Assembly (NCBI GenBank): GCA_007693605.1
Contig: REDG01000035.1
Location: 1-64,000 of the forward strand
Origin: Bradymonadales bacterium
GTDB taxonomy: Bacteria > Bdellovibrionota > UBA2394
Length of the DNA: 64,000 nucleotides
Reading direction: 5' to 3'
In this document: one piece after another, positions 57,642 to 64,000 of the stretch
Layout of the letters: every line of letters starts with the position of its first letter
How positions within the stretch are numbered: the first letter of the stretch is position 1
Program-made: the position numbers and the translations under genes
Notes under the pieces: generated by a model
What the model saw: only the letters and a program-made list of their open reading frames with translations
Databases searched by the model: none
What the model was told of the DNA's origin: nothing

Positions 57642-58501
57642 GTCTACTTCGGAGATTTTCCACAATTAAGATTGGCGGCTCTGCCGAAAGAGTGCTCTGG
57701 ATGTCAGAGCTGTCTGGAAGAATCGACGATCTTCCTCAACCGATTCGCGTGCTCGGCAACGGCAGCAATGTTCTGATGTCTGAGACATTGCGAGGAACTG
57801 TGATTTTGACTCGAGAGGAGTCTCTTGCCGCTCCCGAGATCGTCAGAGAAGAGCCCGACGAGATGCAACTGATTCTTCCTGCCGGAATGTTTTTGCCAAG
57901 TCTTTCGAAGTGGACCGCTGATAGAGCTTTAACCGGCGCGGAGTTTATGGTCGGAGTGCCTGGCACCATCGGTGGTGCTGTCGTGCAGAATGCGGGGGCG
58001 AATGAACAGAAAACTTCTTCTTTGGTGGTCGAGGTGGAAGCCTGGGATCTGGAGTCCGCAGCGCTGCGGTGGGTCTCGGCTGCGGATGCTGAGTTTGCTT
58101 ATCGTTCCAGTCGCTTTCAGAGAGAAAAGTTTTTGCTCAGACGAGTCAAGCTTCGGTTGAAGCGGGGCGAGCCCGAAGAGATTCAAGCAAGGCTTAAACT
58201 CAATTTGGATTATCGACGGCAAAAGACGCCCTTTTCAAGACCGAGCCTGGGGTCGATGTTTACGAGAATTCCCAAAGAAGATGGAGACTGGTGGTATCCT
58301 GGGCAGCTGATTGAGTCGGTCGGCCTAAAGGGCTTTCGGCGAGGCCAGACTCAGATCTCAGAAGTTCATGCCAATTACTTTGTCAATTTGGGGGGGGCTC
58401 GCTTTTCTGAGGTTCTCTCTCTGATGGATCTGGCGCAAGAGCGAGTCCTGAAAGAAACGGGCCTAGAGCTTCGACCCGAGGTGCAGATTTGGCAAGACTA
58501 G
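57638..58501 (+). CDS. murB: UDP-N-acetylenolpyruvoylglucosamine reductase
   Basis: LGNGSNVL, PGTIGGAVVQNAGA, FAYRSS, GSMF, HANYFVN, LRPEV. Confidence 0.92.
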   Translation: MSLLRRFSTIKIGGSAERVLWMSELSGRIDDLPQPIRVLGNGSNVLMSETLRGTVILTREESLAAPEIVREEPDEMQLILPAGMFLPSLSKWTADRALTGAEFMVGVPGTIGGAVVQNAGANEQKTSSLVVEVEAWDLESAALRWVSAADAEFAYRSSRFQREKFLLRRVKLRLKRGEPEEIQARLKLNLDYRRQKTPFSRPSLGSMFTRIPKEDGDWWYPGQLIESVGLKGFRRGQTQISEVHANYFVNLGGARFSEVLSLMDLAQERVLKETGLELRPEVQIWQD

Positions 58502-58513
58502 TGGTCCAAGCGG
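58498..58513. repeat. Dispersed motif copy CTAGTGGTCCAAGCGG overlapping the murB stop
   Basis: Exact reverse complement of TTGGACCACTAG plus GCGG, as in the 26749 hairpin. Confidence 0.65.
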
Positions 58514-58610
58514 TAAATTTTTTCCGTGTTGTGCTGAGGCCAGTTTGAGGCGATGCAGGGCGGCAGTGGGTCTGAAAAAAAATGGATCTTGACCATTTTT
58601 TACAAAAGAA

Positions 58611-59351
58611 TCATCGCAGGGTGGTGAAAAATCGATTCCATCGAAGGAAGGGAAAGTTCCGTCGATCAAATGAAAACCAGATAAAACTTCCCTGACCCAA
58701 AAGATAGTCTCGCGGAACGACGCCCCATTCCCTCGAGTCTGAACTGTCGTCTCGATTATCTCCAATGACAAAGAAGCTGCCCTCTGGAACTTCAATGGGG
58801 CCGGCATTTCGTGGGGCTCGGAGGTGGGAGTGGGCAACAATATAACTTCGGTCGCCAAGGTGTTCACGGAACAGGCTCATATGATCGGGATGGTACTCTT
58901 TACCTGCATCCAAGAGAGTATCTGTATCTTCAATCGGATCCAAACGAAGGGCTGTGCCGTTCAGCCAAACGCGCTTATTTCGTACTTCCACAATGTCTCC
59001 GGGGATGCCGATGACTCTCTTGATAAAGTCCTTCGACCGGTCATTTGGGTATTCAAAAACGACGATGTCTCCTCGCTGAGGGTCGTTGCGATGAATCCAC
59101 TTGTGTCGCGTAAAGGGAATGTGCAGATCGTAACTATACATCTTTACAAAGATAAACTCTCCAATCTTGATGGTGGGAACCATGGAGCCTGTTGGGATGT
59201 GGCGCGGAGAGGCGATCGTGGTTCTAAAGAGAAAGGCTACTACTACGGCCAAGCCCAAGGGTAAGACCCACTCCTTTAGAAATCCCCGAGCGCTTTTCGG
59301 CAGATTGTTCCATGACCTTTGAATCTCAGTCCTAAATCCCATTTCTGCCAC
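58611..59351 (-). CDS. lepB: Signal peptidase I
   Basis: IPTGSMVPT, FIKRVIGIPGD, GDNRDDSSDSR. Confidence 0.95.
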   Translation of the reverse strand: MAEMGFRTEIQRSWNNLPKSARGFLKEWVLPLGLAVVVAFLFRTTIASPRHIPTGSMVPTIKIGEFIFVKMYSYDLHIPFTRHKWIHRNDPQRGDIVVFEYPNDRSKDFIKRVIGIPGDIVEVRNKRVWLNGTALRLDPIEDTDTLLDAGKEYHPDHMSLFREHLGDRSYIVAHSHLRAPRNAGPIEVPEGSFFVIGDNRDDSSDSREWGVVPRDYLLGQGSFIWFSFDRRNFPFLRWNRFFTTLR

Positions 59352-59355
59352 TTAA

Positions 59356-60390
59356 TCACGCTTCTCTTGAAAGTGTCGAGCGAGAATCGATCACCCCGCC
59401 TCTCGGAGCAGAAAAGAAGCCCTGATTCTTTTCGTTTTGATCACGAACAAGAAGGCTCTCTTTCCACCGACGCCCTTTCATGCAAAGAAACTTCTCACAT
59501 CTTCCTTTGCCGCCCACATCTTGACTCACCACTCTCGCTTGAGTTTCTGAAAAAGCAGAAGCCTGCTGTCCAAACACGAGAAGAGAAAAGCTCAGACGAG
59601 ACTTGCGAAAGCCCAGCTTTCGCACAAGTTCCCAATATCGAGCAGGGGCAGAATATTCCACTTCTTCATGACACCACTCGTCTTGGGCCAGGGCCGGACA
59701 GGCGAGTGCGTGCGTGCAGGGCAGAAGAATCTGAGTCAGATTTCTCAGCTGATCTCGAAAGCGAAGCAGCCTCTGATTGGTCAGTTTATCGGCAGGTTCA
59801 ATAATGATGAACAGGTCGTCTCGAGAAGCCAATCGCAGCTGAGCGAGCCAGTTCTTTGTAAACTGACTTTTTGGGTTCTGCCAAATCTCATTCCAAACAT
59901 TCGCCATCAGATGAATTTGAGCAGAGGATTTTTTCAAGCGAGGCCACCGTTTAGCGAAAGAGACTTCGCTCGGAAGAAAGGCTGCGAACTCCGTCTTCGC
60001 CCAATCGACCGGGCGAGGGTCTCGGTCAACGGCGATCACGCGATCAATAGAAAGCCCTTCTCCTTTAAAAAATTCGTAGGCCCCTAAACTCCCGCCTAAA
60101 CTGCCCGCCCCATAGTCTAAAAGACTGATTTTAGACTGCTGAAACCTCTCAAGATAGCCCCAGACCTTGAGCTCCTGAAAGACTCGCTTGGTCTTCAAGG
60201 CCGTCAGAAAGCCAAAGTAACAAGAATAAGGCCGATACACACTCTCTCTCCAAAGACTCTGCTTCTGCCGATGATAGCCCTCACAAAGTCTCTTCAGGGC
60301 CAAGACCTGATTCTGCTCAATTTTCTTCGAGAAGAAGGCCTTTTCGAGTTCGCCAGACAATGAGACTTTTGGGGGCTTTGCTTTGGGCAT
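59356..60390 (-). CDS. Rsm22-family (small ribosomal subunit) methyltransferase-like protein
   Basis: LLDYGAG SAM motif, IIIEPA, PCTH...CP...WCH, FSLLV, LC..G. Confidence 0.75.
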   Translation of the reverse strand: MPKAKPPKVSLSGELEKAFFSKKIEQNQVLALKRLCEGYHRQKQSLWRESVYRPYSCYFGFLTALKTKRVFQELKVWGYLERFQQSKISLLDYGAGSLGGSLGAYEFFKGEGLSIDRVIAVDRDPRPVDWAKTEFAAFLPSEVSFAKRWPRLKKSSAQIHLMANVWNEIWQNPKSQFTKNWLAQLRLASRDDLFIIIEPADKLTNQRLLRFRDQLRNLTQILLPCTHALACPALAQDEWCHEEVEYSAPARYWELVRKLGFRKSRLSFSLLVFGQQASAFSETQARVVSQDVGGKGRCEKFLCMKGRRWKESLLVRDQNEKNQGFFSAPRGGVIDSRSTLSREA

Positions 60391-60793
60391 GGGGGTTACT
60401 ATTAGCAGGCTCCAGTCAGGGCCTCAAGGGGACTGTCGCTAAGGGCCCACCTGCTTTGAAGGGCTTCGGGTCCTGATTTGGCGTTAGATAGGCCTCTTGA
60501 TCTCAGAGTTCAGCATGAGTTCTGGAAGCATCCGCTGGGGACCGCCTAGAATGCCAAACAACTTCGATAACATCCAGGGCCCGCTCCTCCTCGCGCCAAC
60601 GACTTTTTACTTCGCTTCCCAGTCCAGCCGCTCGGAGAGCCCCATCGGCTGTCTTCCATAACTCATGCCACCCAGCCCTAGCCAGCGCTCGATCTACCAC
60701 TTCTTTCTTGTGATGGGAATGTTGAGGGGCTTCGAATCAGCTCTCAAGTGATTTGCATTTGCTCTTTCTCTCGAAATTTCGCATCTTAACGGC

Positions 60794-61363
60794 ATGTCGC
60801 AACAAGAAGCCCCCTCTTCGTTTATGGTCCCGGCGACCATTCAAGGTGTTTTTGAGGAGTTAAAAACCGAAGACCAGAGGTTGAGCCGAGAAAGGGACTT
60901 TTCTCGGCCCTCACCCTTCTCGGCCATGCGGCTCGCTCTAGAGACTCAGATTCAGTCCGGAGACTTTGGTTCTAAAGATAAAGAGCTCGTGATTCGAGCC
61001 TTCGAGATTCTTTTGAGCATTGAACAGCGGACGGCTCGTATCGAAGAGTTTTTATTGAAAAGAGAGAGGGGTGAAAAGACGCCTTTGTTTCAGTGGCTGT
61101 CGGTGAAACTCAGCGGAGAGGCCTGTGTGCTTCAGCTCTCGGATCGACCCCGATTTAAGGTCGGGGCTCTGTTTTGGTTAGACTTTTTGCTCCCCTCTGT
61201 TCCAGAATATCGAATTCGATGTATTGCGGAACTGGCCTCTCAGGTGGAGTGCGACTATCAACTTGTTTTTAGACAGATTCATCCCGAAGATCAGGAACAG
61301 ATCTATCGCTTTGTGAGACAGCGAGAGCGAGAGATCATTCGTCAAAAATCTCCTCGCGTATGA
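60794..61363 (+). CDS. Hypothetical protein with PilZ-like C-terminal domain
   Basis: VKLSGEA (degenerate NxSxGG) and F..IHPEDQEQIYRFVRQRERE tail. Confidence 0.6.
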   Translation: MSQQEAPSSFMVPATIQGVFEELKTEDQRLSRERDFSRPSPFSAMRLALETQIQSGDFGSKDKELVIRAFEILLSIEQRTARIEEFLLKRERGEKTPLFQWLSVKLSGEACVLQLSDRPRFKVGALFWLDFLLPSVPEYRIRCIAELASQVECDYQLVFRQIHPEDQEQIYRFVRQREREIIRQKSPRV

Positions 61364-62121
61364 AGATTCTTTCTTGGAATGTGAACGGCTTTCGAGCGGC
61401 TTGTAAAAAGGGCCTGGTGCAGACACTTCAAGACATCAAACCAGACATTGCCGGAATTCAGGAGCTCAAGGCTTATCGTGAGCAGTGTGAAGACTTCTCT
61501 GCGGCCTCTCTCGACTACCGAGAAGATTGGCACTCGGCCGAGAGGCCCGGCTACAGTGGGGTAGGGCTGTTCTGGCGAGGGCCGGAGTCTTGGAAGGCGA
61601 CCTCCGGAATGGGCCTGAGCGAAGTCGATCGAGAGGGGCGGGTGCAAATCTTAGAGACCGAGGATCTATCCCTTGTGAATGTCTATGTGCCCAACGGTGC
61701 AGCGAGTGAGGAGCGACATTTTTTTAAAATGGAGTTTTTGGATCAATTCCTCGAGTGGTTGCGCGCTTTAGATCAAAAGAAGCCTGTCGTTTTGTTTGGA
61801 GATCTGAATATTGCCCATCGTGAAATCGACATCCACGACCCCGTTCGTTTAGATGGCACCAGTGGTTTTAAGCCGGAAGAGAGGGATTGGGTGACAAAGC
61901 TTCTGAAGGCAGGCTTTGTAGACGCCTTTCGAGAAAAGCATCCCGAAGCCCGAGACGAATACAGTTGGTGGTCCTATCGGGCGGGGGCTCGGCAGAGAAA
62001 CAAGGGTTGGAGAATTGACTACTTTGTTGTTTCTGAACGAATCCGAAATCGAATCAAGCGCATCGAGATGGCTCAACAAATTACAGGCTCCGATCACTGC
62101 CCTTTGATTTTAGAGATCTGA
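61360..62121 (+). CDS. xth: Exodeoxyribonuclease III
   Basis: SWNVNG, GIQELK, YVPNG, GDLNIAH, WWSYR, GWRIDY, GSDHCP. Confidence 0.96.
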   Translation: MKILSWNVNGFRAACKKGLVQTLQDIKPDIAGIQELKAYREQCEDFSAASLDYREDWHSAERPGYSGVGLFWRGPESWKATSGMGLSEVDREGRVQILETEDLSLVNVYVPNGAASEERHFFKMEFLDQFLEWLRALDQKKPVVLFGDLNIAHREIDIHDPVRLDGTSGFKPEERDWVTKLLKAGFVDAFREKHPEARDEYSWWSYRAGARQRNKGWRIDYFVVSERIRNRIKRIEMAQQITGSDHCPLILEI

Positions 62122-62365
62122 AGCAGCATCGGGCTGCCTTCATTCTGAGGCTTGGTCGGGACATTCCTCACAGCAGAGTCTGGGAAATGGGCAAAATCAG
62201 CAGCTTTCGGGAGTCTTTGTCGCAGTTGGAGGGACATCTCGAAACGGTCAAAGCCGGCTTTCATGAAGATGATGTCCATGCGGTAAAGCTGTTTGATCTT
62301 CAGTAGTCTGTTTTAGGCTTTCCTGAGGGTGTCGTAAAGTAGTGCCATCTGCCTTGTCAACCTCG

Positions 62366-63901
62366 CTAGTCTGGCACTTCCGTCTCCCGACCCCATCCAT
62401 CAGTATAGGCCTCTTCTTTTGGGAGGTTCTTTTCGCTGAGTTCCTTGCCATCAAAGCTGAGGAGCTTGAACTGATCTTGAAGCTGGGTTTGGATGTGTAC
62501 AGGGCGGCGCCAGCAGTGGAACAAAGTCTTCAGACTCTCTTTGGCCGTGGCGAGCTTGAGTTCGGCCCCTTCAAATCGATGCCATAGGTAAAGCTCCCCG
62601 CGATTTTGATAGTTGCCGTCGACTACAAAAATAAAGGGAGAACCCCGATTCGTGAGTTGAAACAAGAGTTGCTGTTTAATCTTTTCAAACTCTCGAGACG
62701 CAATTTCGTACTCATTAGACTTAGGATTCAAGGCGAAGGTGAAAAGTTTGTGCTCTTGGCAAAACTCTGGAGTCAAAAACTCATCAATAAACATTAAATC
62801 ATTGTAAACTTTTCGAACCTCAAAGATCTTCTTTCGACCTAGATTGGTTTCTTTGTTCCAGGCCTTTTTCTCTGCAATGTTCTCACAGTTGTCGTAGTCC
62901 GTTCCAAATCGACCCATATCCCATCGTTCTTCAATATGTCGAAAAAGCTCAATGCCGATCTTATAGGGATTAAATCGACCTCCTGCCATCGACATGGTGC
63001 CCGCGTGAGAGTTTGCATAGTCGACAATCTCAGAGTCTTCTAGCTTGTGCTTTGTCATGATGGTCGAGTGCCAATAGCTCGCCCACCCCTCATTCATGAT
63101 CTTTGTTTGAGCCTGTGGAAGGAAATAATAAGCTTCCTCTCGAATGATACTCAGCACCTCTCGCTCCCAATTTTCCAAAGGGGCGTACTGAATCAAAAAA
63201 GCCAGGACATCTTGAACCGGTCTCTGGGGAATCTTTCTCTTCTCCTCATGCTCCTGTAGAAGCTTCTTTCTTTGCTCTGCCAAGAACTCTGGAGGGTTAA
63301 TGTATTTCTCCATATAGTCCTTCGCTTTCAACTTGGCGACTGGGAGTCGAGAGGGATCCACATCATAGGCTGAAGCCTCTTGAGCGGACTCAACCGGAAA
63401 GTTCGCTCTTGGGTCAATCAGGTTGTCGATGGTGAGGCAAAGGTCGATGAAGCTTTCCACTCGTTCGGCACCAATGTTCTCGACGAAACGACGGATCTGA
63501 ACGGCGTGGTTAGCCATCATATCAATCGCCTTTCGATTCGTCGTCCCAAAGTAAGCATTGTTCTTAAAAAAATCGGCATGTCCGTAGACATGCGCCATCA
63601 CGAGCTTCTGATCCATTAGGCTATTGCCCCGCATCAGATAAGCGACTACGGGATCATTGTTAATGACCATTTCGTAGATTTTAGAGAGTCCGTAGTGGTG
63701 GCTCTTCGAAAGCCGCTCATACTCCATCCCAAAGCTCCAGTGGGGGTAGCGGGTCGGAAAGCCCCCGTAGGATGCGAGCTGATTCATGACATCATAGTCG
63801 ACGATCTCAAAAATCGTGGTATAAAAGTCGAGGCCGTAGTTGGAGGCAATTTTTTCAATTTCCTCCTTATGCAAAGCCAGCTCGCGAGGAAGATCCGACA
63901 T
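62366..63901 (-). CDS. spoVR: SpoVR family protein
   Basis: GFPTRYPHWSFG, KIYEMVIN, AHVYGHADFFKNN, TKIMNEGWAS, NPYKIG. Confidence 0.95.
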   Translation of the reverse strand: MSDLPRELALHKEEIEKIASNYGLDFYTTIFEIVDYDVMNQLASYGGFPTRYPHWSFGMEYERLSKSHHYGLSKIYEMVINNDPVVAYLMRGNSLMDQKLVMAHVYGHADFFKNNAYFGTTNRKAIDMMANHAVQIRRFVENIGAERVESFIDLCLTIDNLIDPRANFPVESAQEASAYDVDPSRLPVAKLKAKDYMEKYINPPEFLAEQRKKLLQEHEEKRKIPQRPVQDVLAFLIQYAPLENWEREVLSIIREEAYYFLPQAQTKIMNEGWASYWHSTIMTKHKLEDSEIVDYANSHAGTMSMAGGRFNPYKIGIELFRHIEERWDMGRFGTDYDNCENIAEKKAWNKETNLGRKKIFEVRKVYNDLMFIDEFLTPEFCQEHKLFTFALNPKSNEYEIASREFEKIKQQLLFQLTNRGSPFIFVVDGNYQNRGELYLWHRFEGAELKLATAKESLKTLFHCWRRPVHIQTQLQDQFKLLSFDGKELSEKNLPKEEAYTDGWGRETEVPD

Positions 63902-63948
63902 CTTGTCTTCATTGTATCGAAATATGGCGCTCCTGTCCCAACAAAGCG

Positions 63949-64000
63949 TTATAGGCCTTTTTTTAGGAACTCCTTGATGGAATCGTAGATCGCTTCTCGG
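63949..64000 (-). CDS. 3' end of upstream gene, probably YeaH/YhbH (DUF444) family
   Basis: ...REAIYDSIKEFLKKGL*; assignment rests mostly on the usual prkA-yeaH-spoVR gene order. Confidence 0.5.
   Translation of the reverse strand, partial: REAIYDSIKEFLKKGL

Noticed and set aside
62366..63901. spoVR as evidence of sporulation
   Set aside because: prkA-yeaH-spoVR homologs are common in non-sporulating bacteria
1..64000. rRNA, tRNA, CRISPR-Cas, prophage, integrase or transposase genes
   Set aside because: No signatures seen by eye; short or divergent ncRNAs could have been missed

Overview
A gene-dense chromosomal window from a bacterium whose gene set (Tgl/PilW-like pilotin, PilZ proteins, degenerate GGDEF protein, Bd0055-like histone, alpha2 GlyRS) suggests Bdellovibrionota or a related former-Deltaproteobacteria lineage; the taxonomy is inference. 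Most of it is housekeeping: perR-ahpC-ahpD, 2-oxoacid dehydrogenase E1, pgsA, pyrE, nfeD-floA, transaldolase, recO, glyQS, ppdK, smc-ftsY, truA, rplM-rpsI, rpoN, secA, gap-pgk-tpiA-secG-murB, lepB, xth and spoVR. I saw no rRNA, tRNA, CRISPR array or transposase. The main result is two small genes below the ORF-track size cut-off, directly downstream of smc-ftsY. One is a 58-aa histone-fold protein resembling Bdellovibrio Bd0055. The other is a convergent 40-aa K/R/A/T pentapeptide-repeat protein resembling histone H1 tails or protamines. They share a bidirectional terminator and form a candidate bacterial chromatin locus. Also notable: a four-gene cluster of secreted helical proteins with hydrophobic hairpins (candidate multi-component pore-former), three tandem secreted glycine-rich/collagen-like paralogs, a TlyA-phosphomannomutase fusion, a five-module DUF342/FapA protein, a CdgA-like degenerate GGDEF protein, a dispersed CTAGTGGTCCAA repeat at gene 3' ends, and several probable leaderless promoters. 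All family assignments come from motif recognition by eye, not database searches.
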